From assembly GCF_009914755.1 (NCBI RefSeq), contig NC_060925.1: a stretch of 64,000 nucleotides of DNA. One strand, written 5' to 3'. The DNA is from the human T2T-CHM13v2.0 reference genome, Homo sapiens. A program made the translations under genes and the position numbers. Below are positions 23,056 through 36,671 of this stretch, one piece after another. Under the pieces are notes generated by a model. The model saw only the letters and a list, made by a program, of their open reading frames with translations, made no database searches and was not told the DNA's origin. Within the stretch, counting starts at the first letter, position 1. The number at the start of each line of letters is the position of its first letter.

Positions 23056-23257
23056 GTAAATAGAAATGCGATAGATCAAAAAATGTGCACCATGCACAAG
23101 AAAAGGTAAAGCCCCAGAAGGATCCCTGAGGGCCGACATTCATGCCCAGTTGAGAATGATGCCACCTCAGCAGGCTCTGGAGCATGTGGTTGGTTAAGGC
23201 AATGAGAGCAGAAGCCTCCCAGGACTGAAATGAATTGAGATTTTACAATGTGGAAGG

Positions 23258-23887
23258 TGTGATGGTTAATGTTTTGCATCACCTTGGCGGCCCTCACATA
23301 GTTGGCCGAACACATCTGCATGTTGTCAGGAAGGCATTTTTAGGTGAGATCAGTAGGCTTTGAGCAAAGCAGATTGGCCTCTGGGTGGGTCTCATTCAAT
23401 CCAATGAAGCCCTTAAGAGAACAAAGATTGACCTCTCCCGGGGAAGAATAAATACCACCAGCACATTGTCTTATGGCTGCAACATCAATTCTTCCCTGGG
23501 TCTCCAGCCTGCAGACCCACGCTGCAAATTTTGGACTTACCAGCTGCCTCTACTATCACGGAAGCCATTCCTTAAAGCAAATCACCTGAGATGGGGAGTT
23601 TGAGACCAGCCTGACCAACATGGAGAAACCCCGTTTCTACTAAAAATACAAAATTAGCCAGGTGTGGTGGCACATGCCCGTAATCCCAGCTACTCGGGGG
23701 GCTGAGGCAGGAGAATCGCTTGAACCCAGGAGGCAGCGGTTGCGGTGAGCCAAGATCACACCATTCTACTCCAACCTGGTCAACAAGAGCAAAACTCCAT
23801 CTCAAAAAAAAAGAAAAAAAACAGTAAATCTCCCCTCCTATCAACATCTTATTGACTCTGTTTCTCCAGAGAACTCTAACTACTACA
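23258..23887 (+). mobile_element. MLT2 (HERVL-type) solo LTR interrupted by an Alu
   Basis: Starts TGTGATGGTTAAT; GGGTGGGTCTCATTCAATCCAATGAAG; ends CTGTTTCTCCAGAGAACTCTAACTACTACA. Confidence 0.8.
23582..23821 (+). mobile_element. 5'-truncated AluSp
   Basis: Diagnostic TGACCAACATGGAGAAACCC and CAACAAGAGCAAAACT; A tail. Confidence 0.9.
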
Positions 23888-24279
23888 AAGGGCTGAACAA
23901 TAAACAAATCTTTGCAAAACTTGCTCTCTGGCTAGAAGTAAGGCCTACTATGGCTTGTTCCTGCAATGCCACCGGACATCTGGGTAAATAAAAAGCCAAC
24001 ATGTCTGCATATTAGACTAGACTCTGCTGTCTCTATTTTTTCACAAGCCGCCCATGGGGCGGAGGACACACAGCAAACAGGCTCCTGGTAACTGCAGCAC
24101 TCTCTCTCCAGGGGCTTCTTCCATTTTTTGTACACATCTCCAAGGCTTTGAAAGAGTGCTCAGGGCACGGCTCAAATCTAAGTGTTCTGAGGTTGGCAGC
24201 AGGGTCCTGGCTCTGTTCACTGTCTCTCCTCCTATGTAGGAAGCATGCAGTGATGTAAAGCCCACAGGCTGGGAGCTGC

Positions 24280-24550
24280 CTGGCTCAGGCTCCTGGGAAG
24301 CGGGCTCTGAGATAGAGCTTAGCGGGCAGGGAGGTTATTGGGCAGTGTTGTTGGACCATCTTCGTTGGGTGAGTGAGTCTGGCTATTCCAGGAAGGGAAC
24401 ATGGTCTGGCTGGGACTCTCTTTGGCTGAGGGCAATTCCCAGAAAGGACTCAGCTGTGAGCCAGCAGGAGGCAACATTCCCAGTGACTGGGAGATGAGAT
24501 CCTCAGTCCAGGGTGGGGCATCTGAAGGGTGCTCCCCAACATTCACTACA
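24280..24550 (-). mobile_element. Old ERVL LTR (LTR33/LTR16-like)
   Basis: GGAAGCGGGCTCTGAGATAGAG; GCTGAGGGCAATTCCCAGAAAGGACTCAGCTGTGAGCC; ends CACTACA. Confidence 0.55.
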
Positions 24551-26454
24551 GTGGGCTTCGGCAAATCACTTCCCAAGCAGGGCGCCAGCTTCCTTGTCTG
24601 CAGCCCCCATTCCCCCAGGCTTCATCCGCCTATGGAGACGAACAAGGTCCCTCCAACAGAAATGGCCTGAGTTTGCAACAAATCCTTCCCAAAACGAATG
24701 TAACTCACATGTGGGCAGGCTTCACACTGGTGTCTATCAATGTCATATCTGTAGCACTGACCAATATCACTATTTGATCAGCAGAGATTCCAGTGTTTTC
24801 TCGGGAGGTGTAGAGTCGAGTCATTGCCTCTAGAAGACCCAGGCAGGGTGGGCAGGGGAGTAGAAGGGCTCACAGATAAGAAAGCTGCTGCCTCTGTCTT
24901 CTGTCCGAAACTCCTATACTCAGATGCCCATGGGAGTCTAACCAGGCCTATGTGTGTCCAGTGACCAGGCAGTTTCAGACTGCCTCCAGTCTGCCAACCT
25001 CACCACCTCCTGCCCCACCTCTGGCCTGCAGACAAGTTCTGTCCCCTTCTCATGACCAGCTCCTTCAGAAGGAGTATTGGTTAAGGAGGGACAGCTCTCA
25101 CCTTGATGCCCCAGCCCTTGGCCTCCTGGCTCCAGGCACCATGGGAGGGCGCAGTAAGGATAGCCAGGCCAGCCTCCCACCGTACCTGGAATGTGGGCCA
25201 CAGTTCCCTCCAGCACCACGCCTTGCTGCCTAGACTGCTCCACTCATCAGATCTTTGCCTCACTCACTGCCACCTCCCCACAGGAGTCATATGTGTTCTT
25301 TCCAAACCATCTGACTTGGGGAAACCCAGGCCATCAGCTGTGCCTAAACCCCAGTTGGGAGCTGGCTTTAATTATTTCCTACTAGACTCCTGGGCTGCCA
25401 TCAAACCAAAGAATAATGCGTGTGGACATCATCTCACCGCTCAGCCCCTGCCAGGAGAGTTGAGAAACTCCCCTCGCTCCATGACTATTTTGGAGGCTGC
25501 CCGCTCAGAGACGATCTAAGAGAACTATGAGAGCCTGGCTCCAATGACATCAAAGAAACTGGGGGCTTTTCATGTGAGTTTGACAAAGGGGTCAAAGAAA
25601 TGCTTTTTAAAAGCACATGTTAAAGTCTCCCCACCTCCACTTGGAAATGGCCACAGTGCCACTGGTCACACCCTCAATATACCCAGGACTGAGACTGCTG
25701 CCATTTGGCTCAGAAGAGCTGGGTTCCTCCTCTGGCTCTTCCCTTTTTGCAGGATGTACTCATCCTAACGGGGCCTAAACTTTCCCATTTGCAAAATGGA
25801 GATAGGCCAGCCTTGACTATCTGAGTGTAAACTTGGACATCAAGTGAAGGGACATCTGTGAAAAGAATGGGTCAACTATAAATGACAAAAATGTGGGGTC
25901 TCCTTTTCCCACATCCTGGTCTATCAGCCAGGGCCATGCTGTGATGTCATTAGTGCAGGCTGCTTATTCTCTGTTCCTCAGCCTAGGCCTGTGCCTCTTG
26001 GCCAGAGGCAAAGATGTGTATCAGAATCACCTGGAAGCTTTTTCACAGCACACGCTCCCCCGAGTGAAGGCTCTGAGATACCCTGGTAGGGGATAGGGGG
26101 AGGATGTGGGTTTTTAAAAAGTTCCCTAAACAGTTCCATCATGAAACCTCCACCTCTATGCCCAGCTTTCTCAAGCTCAACTGCCCAAGGAACCCAACGA
26201 GAAACAACAGCCCCCAAATTTCCAACACCTTTAGCTAATTCAAAGTCTACACCCAGCAAAATTTCATCAAACCTTCCTGGAGAGTAAATGTCACCAGGCA
26301 TGACATCCTTCTCTCTCTCTTTTCTGGATGTAGCATCTCTATTACACAGCACACTTGCTCCCCTTCCGAGGCTGATTGTCCCGTCTGGAGCCAGTTCCTG
26401 CTGGAGAGGCCTGTGGTGCGGCAAATGGTTTCTAAAGGTCCCTTCCAGCTCTGA

Positions 26455-26757
<303 letters not shown>

Positions 26758-27047
26758 TGAAATTTAATGAAACCCATCTTTTCTAAAGCCATTCTACAAA
26801 GTGACAGTAGCTTCCTGCGGGAGGTAAAGAGACTCCCTGGAAGTCATTAACATTTCTGAATCTTATGGAGTGCTAGGAAAGCAGTTTGGAAGGGGGCCAA
26901 ACCAAATTTGGAGCCCAGGGAGGCTCGCTTTGGGGCAATCCTGGCAAGCCCACATTCCGAGAAAGTGTACCTCAGCGATGAGGCCACCGCTGGCTCTCAG
27001 CCTGGAGCTCCTGGCCTGGGGCAGGGAGAGAGAAGGGGCCTAAGAGT

Positions 27048-27252
27048 GGCTGGCACTTACTGAGCATGTCTTATGCCCCAGGCCAAGCCTGTCCGTGATC
27101 CGGTTCATCTATTCTTCACAACAACCTATGCAGTAGGTCCTTTGTGAAACCACTTGCAGGTAAGGAAGTTACTAAAGCTCTGAGACAGTAAGTGACTGGG
27201 CTGATGGCCAGAAAGAGTCAGGACGAGGATGCACCCCTAGCTGTCAAACTCC
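27048..27252 (-). mobile_element. MIR
   Basis: CACTTACTGAGCA...TCTTCACAACAACCTATGCAGTAGG...AAGTGACT. Confidence 0.65.
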
Positions 27253-27419
27253 TACCTTCTGCAACCAGACAGAGGTGGGGCAAGATTCTAGGAGAAAAAC
27301 CGAGCAGAAGGAGGGGTTGTCAGGAGTTGTCGTTCAATGGGTATGAAGTTATAATTATACAAGACGAGTAAGTTCCAGGGGTCTGCTGTACAGTATAGCA
27401 CCTATAGTTAACAGTAAGG

Positions 27420-27970
27420 TAGAGTATCTCCCCTTATTTGTGGGGAATATGTTCTGAGACACTCAGTGGGTCCCTGAAATTGCAAATAGTACTGAACCCT
27501 ATATATATATTATGTTTTCTGCTATACATCTGTATGTATTACAAAGTTTAGTTTGTAAGTTAGGCACAGTAAGAGATTAACAAAAATAATAATAAAATAG
27601 AACAAGTATAACAATATGCCAGCATCACTACTCTTGCACTTTGGGGACTTTATGAAGTAAAATGAGGGTTGTTTGAACACAAGCACTGTGATACCAAGAC
27701 AGGCGATCTCACAACCGAGACAGCTACTAAGTGACTAAAGGGTGGATGGTGTAGACAACGTACAAAGCAATGATTTGTGTCCCAGGTGGGACGGAGCAGA
27801 TGATAAGAGACATCATCATGCTACTCAGAAGGATGATGAAAGGGTGCACAATTTAAAATGTATGAACTGTTTATCTCTGGAATTTTCCATTTAATATTTT
27901 CAGACTACAGTTGACCGTGGGTAACTGAAACCACAGAAAGCAATATGGCAGATAAGGAGGGACTGCTGTA
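27420..27970. mobile_element. MER44B-like (Tigger7-derived, TcMar) DNA transposon
   Basis: ~550 bp with degenerate TIRs (GAGTATCTCCCCTTAT... / ...GATAAGGAGGGACTGCTG) and TA flanks; internal GTTAGGCACAGTAAGAGATTAAC. Confidence 0.8.
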
Positions 27971-28007
27971 TTTTGCACCTAAAAATGCATTACAAAAGGG
28001 GATCTCG

Positions 28008-28468
<461 letters not shown>

Positions 28469-28669
28469 TTAATTATGTGTAGTTTTTTTGTATATCCATT
28501 GTACCTCCATAAAGCTAAGGGGTGACTAAATGGCCTGCCAGACATGGAGCTCTCAGCAGGCCCTTCCTTTAGCTCAGCGCGTAGGGAGTTAGGGACGTAT
28601 ATGTGCATTGAGGAGGAGAGGAGTAAAGATCTCTTCCTGGAGGGCGATGCTTCACATCGTTGGATTTCC

Positions 28670-28927
28670 AGATAGGGTCTCATGCTGCCACCCAGGCTGG
28701 AGTGCAATGGTGCCATCATAGCTGTCTGAAGCCTCCAACTCTTGGACTCAAGCAATCCTCCTGCCTCAGCCTCCTAAGTGGGACTACAGGCGTGCACCCA
28801 TTATGCCTGACTAATTCTTGTATTTTTTGTAGAGATGAGGTCTCGCCATGTTGCTCAGGTTGGTCTCGAACTCCTGGGCACAAGTGATCTTTCTGCCTCG
28901 GCCTCCCAAAGTGCTGAGCACCTGGCC
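28670..28927 (-). mobile_element. AluJ (tail lost)
   Basis: AGATAGGGTCTC...CCCAAAGTGCTG...CCTGGCC. Confidence 0.9.
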
Positions 28928-29939
28928 AATACTTCCCATCTTACCAGACTTTGGATTGCATGGTGGAGTCTCAGGAGGCTGCCCGAGTGTGACCCTGTCT
29001 CCTTCTCCTGGACCTTCTCTCTTTATCTCTTTCTCAGCGTGTGTGCAGCCTGAAGCGCCACACCATTTAGAGCTCAGCAGAGCTGTCTTCTCTGGTCTTG
29101 GTGTTCTATCCGTCCTACTTTTCTAGGATTCCAGGCAGATAACATCCTCATTTGAACTGAAAACACCCTGGGCACTGGGGCTCTTCAAGAGCCTTGCAGG
29201 CCTGAGTCTTGGCGCTATGGCCCAAAATAAGAAGGCGTGAGAAAGCCTGAACCTCTACCCTTCTTCCACACACTGGCCTGCTCAGGGAAAGCAGAATATT
29301 TCCATTTATTTTTCCTTTTCTTGTTTTTTTAAACACTTATGTCTTATAATAGCTGGTATTCTTCAATGTTGACTCTCATCATTATAAAGCCCTTATTCCC
29401 TAAATGTTTGCTCAACATTTTTTGTAGAGCAAAGGACGGGGAGCTACAGGCCTCTGCAAACAGACGCTTCTCAAAGGCAAGGGAGGAATGTGCTCAAGGA
29501 AATCTAAATCCAGAGGGTCGTGGTCCCAGAGCCCTTGGCTGAGCCCTGCAAGTTTCTCCGGGCAGCCAGAGGGCTGCAGCTCATTGCGGAGGCTGCAACA
29601 TTGCTGCCTTCAGAACCCACTAATTGACAAGCCGCTGGGGCCTGCAAAGCCCATGGAGGCTATTAGAGAAAAGGTCATCCCACCTCCCACCCAGAAGTAC
29701 CACATGGGACGTGCCTGCAAGCAGCAATAACAGTAGGATGGTTCCAGTGATCCATATCCCAGTGAGGCCTCTGTGCTCAGGCCTCAGCACGCCGGAAGTT
29801 TCTTTGGGGAGCTCTGAGACCAGGGCTGGCTCAGGTGTATCTCAGATGGTGCCCCAAGCCAGGGATCTCCAGCGACTTCTTGGCTGTCGGAACTGTGGCC
29901 TCTCCTGTGACCACTTCTCTTTGCATTAACTCCCTATAT

Positions 29940-30160
29940 TCATGAACTCCTTGTGGTTTTCAAGACGCTCTCACTCACATATTTTATTTGATCCTCACAT
30001 TTCCCTGGGGGAAGGCAGATATGGGTGCCATTTTGCAGGTGAGTAAACTGAGGCACTGAAAGCTTAATGGCTCACCTAAGGCCATTTGGCTTCTAAAGAG
30101 AAACCGGGGACTAGAAGCTAGGCCTTGGCGCTGCGTCCCAGTGTCTTCCCCGCTGCACTG
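29940..30160 (-). mobile_element. MIR
   Basis: TTTGATCCTCACA...CCATTTTGCAGGTGAGTAAACTGAGGCAC. Confidence 0.7.
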
Positions 30161-30189
30161 AGTGCCTCCCTGCCACCCCAGGATTTATG

Positions 30190-30880
30190 GCCTTTGTCCC
30201 TTTCAGTGAATGGCCCCATTTACCAGCCCCCAAGCCAGAAAACTGGGGGTCACCACCACTCCTCCCTCCTCACCCATTCTACCCTAAATGTCTCTGCAGT
30301 CCACCGCCTGCACTCTGTCCCTACAGCCACTGCCTAAATTCAGGTCCTTATTTCTCACGTAAAGTAATGCAGCACCCTCCTCACCATCCTCCACCTGACA
30401 GTCAGAACACAGACTTGGGTAGGTTTCTTCCTGAGCAATCCTTCAGTGATTCCCCACAGCCCTCAGGAGAAAGCCTACATCCAGAATAGCCTTCGAGGCC
30501 TCCCATGAGCGGCCTGCTTCTTTCTCCTCCATCACCCAGCCATGCAACTGTTGATCCTATCCATTCCCTGTGCTCAACAGGCACCCACCCACTACCCACC
30601 CTGCCCTCAAAATCTCACTGGACAGCTCCTGGTCAGCCTTCAATATGGGCCTTGGCCTCACCTCCTCTGGGAAGCCATCCCAGACTCCTCCAGCCTCAGG
30701 TAGGGGCTCCCACTGCCCCAGGGGTCTCCTCCCGTGATGAGGCTGCTTGTGCTGTGATATCACTGTGGATGGTCATTCCTGTCTCTCCTACTGGACCGTG
30801 AGTTCCACTGTGGGGGCTCTAACCTCTGTATCACCTGGGCCTGGCTTAGGACATGCGTTTAGAGGCACTAAGTAGGTCCA
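30190..30880 (+). mobile_element. L2 3' relic
   Basis: TCAGTGAATGGCCCCA...CAAGCCAGAAAACTGGGGGTCA; CACCTCCTCTGGGAAGCCATCCCAGAC. Confidence 0.6.
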
Positions 30881-30999
30881 AGGACTTCCATTGGATTACT
30901 GAGATGCGGACTCTGTTTAGTGTTAGGATGTTAGAATCCTTCCCCAAATCTTCATTCTGTCTGGGTCTGACTTGGCTTCCTCGAAAAAGTGCTGATGCT

Positions 31000-31468
<469 letters not shown>

Positions 31469-31558
31469 CTAGTAAAAGAACACTCAGCTGCTTGGGGACG
31501 GGGCTAGAGATAAGGAATGACAATGTCAGCCCAAGCTGACCACCCAGGACCAAGGAAG

Positions 31559-32103
31559 TGATAAAGGAGTTACAAAGAAATTATTGAGGCAGGTAGTGAG
31601 GGTAAGGAAGTCCTCAGTAAGGTTTTTCTTTTAATGAAAAGCAGCCCCCAAATCATTTTCTTTTCTAACAAAGAGCAGCCAGTATAATCGAGCTGCAGAC
31701 ACAGACAAGCAAGTTAGAAGCTTGCACCCATGAATGCCGGCAGTTGTGCCAGTAGGAAAGGGGCTACCTGAGGCTAGCTCCATCGTCCCTTCTCTTTGCC
31801 AGCCACATGTACAATGAGGAGCAGACAACATGGCGCCAGCCAAGTGGAAAGACCATTTGCATAATAAGATTAGGGTGGGGTGGCCAGCTTCACCACATGA
31901 TATGTAAAGTCACACCTGGTCCAACCAATCTGTGGGCCCCATGTAAATCAGACACTGCTTCCTCAAGCCTGTCTATAAAATCCGGTGCACTCTTCTGCCA
32001 GCCAGAAGTCCCATTCCTGCGCCCCTCTCTCTTGCAAGAGACGACGTCTCTTGGCATGAGAAGACAAACCTCAGATATTGCCCCAGACAATGATGCTGCT
32101 TCA
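31559..32103 (+). mobile_element. ERV1 solo LTR (LTR9-family-like)
   Basis: TG...CA termini with 4-bp TSD GAAG; AAAAGCAGCCCCCAAATCATTTTCTTTTCTAACAAAGAGCAGCC; CCAAT at 31925, TATAAAA at 31974. Confidence 0.8.
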
Positions 32104-32813
32104 GAAGTGGGGCCAAGTTGGGAGGCCAAAATGAAGCCAAGTTGAGAGCTATGGACCATCTGTTTGAGGATCTCCCTCCACTCTGCAGGGTTGAGGCTGC
32201 CTGGCTGGGGTCCACATTTCCAAGTCCCCTTTGCGTCTCAGAGAAAGCAGTGACCGGGTTCTGAACTATGGAATGAAGGTAGAAGTGGTGTTCCTCACTT
32301 CCTTGTTTGGCCCTTAGAGCTTCCCGCACAGTCCTCCACGCTCTAATTTGCCTCACCTGCCAGCTGGATATTAATACCCAGGGCTTCCATGGGGGTGTGC
32401 TGGGAGGAGGGCAGACCCCTGACTGTAGGACACCACCTCCTCCCCTACCGCTAATTGGACTTTCATGTGAACAAAAAAGAAACTCGTATTGTGTTAGGCC
32501 CTGGGGATTTGCGGGTTTATCCGCTACTAATGCAGTGCAAAAAGCTGGAGCCAGGCAAGACAGAAGGACTCCCAGAATCAGCCACAGCTCCTTGAATGAA
32601 GCCTCCTGTCTCTAGCAGTGTAGGAGCTGGTGACTGGGGTGAGCCTGGGGTAAGACTGGGGTAAGCTGGTGACTGGGGTGAGACAGGGAGGGTCAGGATC
32701 CCGCCTCTAACATTTACAGAAAGTATGTCCTAGGGCCAGGTACTTGCCCTCCCTGGGCCTCAGTCTTCCTCTATAATGCGGAGATAGTATTAGATCATAT
32801 CTCAGAAGAATGT

Positions 32814-33286
32814 TCTAAAAGATGCCAGTGAAGGCCCACCAAGACACCCTTTCTCAGTCTGGGCTGCTAACAGCCCTCAGCTGCACCCTTCTCTGGAAAA
32901 TTGCCTTTGCCCCCTTAAGCCGACTCACCTAGGGATTCCTAAGAAGCTAAACCCCCAGCCCTACACCCTGCCCACCCACCCCACCCTCCCACCCACTGAC
33001 TGATAAGAGGAACCAAAGCCCTTGCCTCAAGGCAGGGCAACCCCGAGGTATCACCCAGGCTGCAGGTTGCCCGGTCGGGTGGGGCTGAGGCGAGACTCCA
33101 GACGGGGCTCCTCTGTGCCTGGCCTCCTCACGAGTTCTTTCTGGCTTCCCTCACTTTCATGTCAATTTCTCCTGTTAGCATTCACTCACTCACTCACTCA
33201 CTCACTCACTCACTCACTCACTCAGCAGGCCACCTGCATGAGAATCTTCATCTCAAATCTGCTTCTAAAAAAGCCAACCTAAGACA
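32814..33286 (+). mobile_element. Old ERVL LTR (LTR33/LTR16-like)
   Basis: CCTCAGCTGCACCCTTCTCTGGAAAATTGCC; ends TCTCAAATCTGCTTCT...AACCTAAGACA. Confidence 0.55.
33182..33224. repeat. (TCAC)n microsatellite
   Basis: About 10 perfect TCAC units. Confidence 0.95.
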
Positions 33287-33787
33287 ATTGTGAAGATTAG
33301 ATGCAATTACATGGGTCAACCAGTGCCTGGCATATGGAAGGTGCTTAGTAAAAGTGAGCTAGTACGGTTATCATTCCTCCAAGAGGCAAGGCTGAATGGA
33401 GACCCTAGTGGCCTCAGGCTGTAACGGTATTAACTACACCACCCCTGGGAGAGTTCACTCTCAACATTCATTTGTAATGAATGAATGTAAACCCTCAGCA
33501 AGGAGGAAAGAAAAATGTGAAACCTGGGTGTCCATGGACACAACTGGTCTCATGAATAAGCCATCAAGTATGAGTGGTTTAAGGGACTCCAAAGCTCACA
33601 ACTTTCTAAAGTCACAGCTTGCCCCAAGCCCCCTGCTCTCTTCTGACAAGGTTCCTGAAATGCCTTTAGTGTTGGTAAAACTGGGGTAAGCCGGTAACTG
33701 GGATGAGACAGGCAGGGTCAGGATCCTGCCTCTACCACTTACAGAAAGTATGTCCGAGGGCCAGCCACTTGTTCTCCCTGGGCCTCA

Positions 33788-34143
33788 TGTTGAAATGATA
33801 GAGGTGGGGCCTCATGGGAGGTGCTTGGACTCTTCGTTCTATGTCTTGGTGCCCTCTTCTCAATAATGAGTGAGTTATCACTCTATTAGTTTAGGCAAGA
33901 GCTAGTTGTTTAAAGAGCCTGGCACCTCCTCCCTGCTCTTGCTCCCTCTCTCACCATATGCCACACCTGCTCCCCCTTTGTCTTCACCATGAGTAAAAGC
34001 TTTCTGAGGCTTCACCAGAAGCCAAGCAGATGCTGAAGCCATGCCTGTGCAGCCTGCAGAACTGTGAGCCAAATAAAACTATCTTGTTTAAAAATTACCC
34101 AGCCTTAGGTATTCCTTTATAGCAACACAAACAGACTAATACA
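33788..34143 (+). mobile_element. MSTB-like MaLR LTR lacking its 5' ~35 bp
   Basis: CAGCCTGCAGAACTGTGAGCCAAATAAA...GGTATTCCTTTATAGCAACACAAACAGACTAATACA. Confidence 0.85.
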
Positions 34144-34375
34144 ACCCCTACTCAAGATTGGTTCTTTGGAGTTTTGGACATGGCTTTAGAATGAAATGAA
34201 CCTGGGTTCCACTCTGGGCTCTGCCATCCACAAGAGAAGTGTCAAAATCAAGCTCACATCTTAAGCAGAACAGGGCTTGGTACCAAGGAGTCTCCAGGTA
34301 GTACGGGTGGTCTGTACCCTGACCCAGGCTCACACTGTGCTTAAGTACTTTTGCACCGTTAAAAGAAGTAGCCAC

Positions 34376-34625
34376 AAATTCATAGTGACAGAAAGTACCA
34401 CAGTGGTTGCCAGGGGCTGGAGGGAGGGGAAACAGGGAATTGGGGTTTAATGGGTTTCACTTTAGTAAAAATGAAAAAGTTCTGGAAATGAAGGGAGGTC
34501 ATGATTGGACAACAATGTGAATATAATCAGTACAAGTGAACTGTACGCTTAAAAATGGTTAAGATGGTCAATTTTGTGTTATGTGTATTTTACTATGATT
34601 AAAGAGAGGGAAAAAAAAAAAAGAA
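34376..34625 (+). mobile_element. L1MB 3' end
   Basis: GTGGTTGCCAGGGGCTGG...GAACTGTACGCTTAAAAATGGTTAAGATGG; A tail. Confidence 0.85.
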
Positions 34626-35874
34626 CATAATCTGCCAAAGACAAGGTGGCTGTGATGTGTGACTGTACAGTGGCCCAAAAGGGCATGGCTCAAGGAGCCC
34701 TCAAGAGTAGCATCTGAAGCAGCCACTGGGACCAGGCTTGCCACCCTTTCAGAGGGGTGTGAGGTGCAGGGCAAAGGGTCTGTAAAGGCTGGCAGGGAAG
34801 TGGGAAGCAGTGGAGAGCCAGGACCAGCCCTGGGCACCCAGAGGGGTTAGGGACCCTGCCACCCCTCCCAGGTTTCCAAACAAGGCCTGTGCCTGCCTGG
34901 GCTCTGACAGTCAGCCAACAAACAGGCATTTCCAGGTCTGCACCAGGCCCCGGGGATACAAAGAGGAGTGAGAGTTCCTGCCCTCCCTGGATCCTGCGGG
35001 GAAGGCTGACAGATACACCAATCCTGTGTCACGGGAACTGGGGATTGGGGGGAATGATGGGCAGGGGGCATCAGGGTTATCTGAGAAAGCTTCCCAGAGG
35101 AGGCGGTCCCTGGCTGAATTGAAGAAATTGCTGGGAGCTTCTCAACAAGAGCATTAGAAGGGAGTTGGGGGCACGAAGTGGGTGCTCATGTCAGGAGAAA
35201 AATCCACAAAGGCCTCTCATATGCACTCTGCGCCCTCCTCTCATTTTTCCAGGGTCCTGCTCCCAGCTGTGCAAGCTGCAAGGAAGAACGAGCCCCCTCC
35301 TCCAAGGCCTCGACGGTCCACTCAGTCGCCCACTTAAGAATTCACCAAATAAGTAATGACTAAGTCTGACTGGGAGAAAATGAAAGCTCTCTTGGAGGGG
35401 AAAACAAGTTACTCATGCAACCAAGAGCATATCCTTGGCACCCTCCATGAGTGGAGCCACGGCAGGAGGGGCAGACAGGAACAAACGGTGGCCATGAATC
35501 ATGCTGTGTGCGAGCTCCTTTGTTTCTAAGGCATGTGGTTTCCAGAGAAACCAGGGAACACTGCCTTCAGGTAAACACGCCCACCACCCATGCTTCTTGG
35601 AACAGGCTCTGTCCTCCAGGAGCCCCATTAAAGAGGCCTAGCTGCTTACATTTGTCAGTTGTACTTCCACAGGGGGGATTTCAAGTGCTAGCTGGCCAAG
35701 TCATCCAACGGGTGGCAATGGACCTTCTGTTGGCCGGGAGCATCCTACCCCGTGCCAGGTCCCTGGTCCCACTCTGCCCACCACCCTCTCACCCCCAGAA
35801 GAAGACTCCTCTGGTTGATGAGTTTGGCAGAAGAGTCTTGGTTTGGTCAGTTCAGCCCTTCTGCTCATGCTGAC

Positions 35875-36025
35875 TCTCCCTCCTCCTCCTCTCCCTCCTC
35901 CGCTTCCTCCTCCCCCTTCTCCTCCTTCCCCTCCTCCCCCTCCTCCTTTTCCTTTCCCTCCTCCCTCTCCTCCTCCTCCTTTCCCTCCTACTCCTCCTTC
36001 TCCTCCTCCTCTTCCTTCATCTTGC
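35875..36025. repeat. (CCT)n-like polypyrimidine tract
   Basis: About 150 bp that is almost exclusively C/T. Confidence 0.9.
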
Positions 36026-36367
36026 CCTTTCCGATTCACTGTCATCAAGCTTGACTTCCCCAGTAGAGAGTTTTACAGCCATGATAACACAGTCCATCTT
36101 CTGGAGCTTAAGGCACTTTTACATATTATCTCATTTGTCTTGGCAGCATCTCTGTAAGGTGAAGACTTGATGCAAATAGTAAAATGGTGAGGGCAGGCTG
36201 AGGGGCAAGAGCTATAAAGAGACTTTAGTGGGGTTCAGTGCCAAAGTAGGGAAGGACTGGGGGGTCATGGGACTGATGCTCCCAGAGGACCTACTTAGCC
36301 GGGACACGGAGCTCCATGACCCCTTCCAATGAGCCTAGAAATGGGCTGCTTTAAAAACAGGAAACGT

Positions 36368-36671
36368 GGCCAGACGCGGTGGCTCACGCCTGTAATCCCA
36401 GCATTTTGGGAGGCCGAGGCGGGTGGATGACCAGAGATCAGAAGTCCAAGACAAGTCTGGCCAACATGGCGAAACCCCGTCTCTGCTAAAAATACAAAAA
36501 TTAGCTAGGCATGGTGGTGCGTGCCTATAATCCCAGCTACTAGTGGGGGCTGAGACAGGAGGATGGCTTGAACCTGGGAGATGGAGGTTGCAGTGAGCCA
36601 AGATCGTGCCACTGTACTCCAGCCTGGGCAACAGACTGAGACTCCATCTCAAAAAAAAAAAAAAAAAAAAA
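36368..36671 (+). mobile_element. AluS
   Basis: Full dimeric Alu with A tail. Confidence 0.95.

Larger units (their letters stand above)
32685..33375 (+). mobile_element. MIR split by an ERVL LTR
   Basis: GGGTCAGGATCCCGCCTCT...GGGCCTCAGTCTTCCTC; resumes at 33287 with ATTGTGAAGATTAGATG...CAGTGCCTGGCATA. Confidence 0.6.

Noticed and set aside
35701-36157. Poly-Pro/Ser/Gly ORFs
   Set aside because: They are products of the (CCT)n tract.
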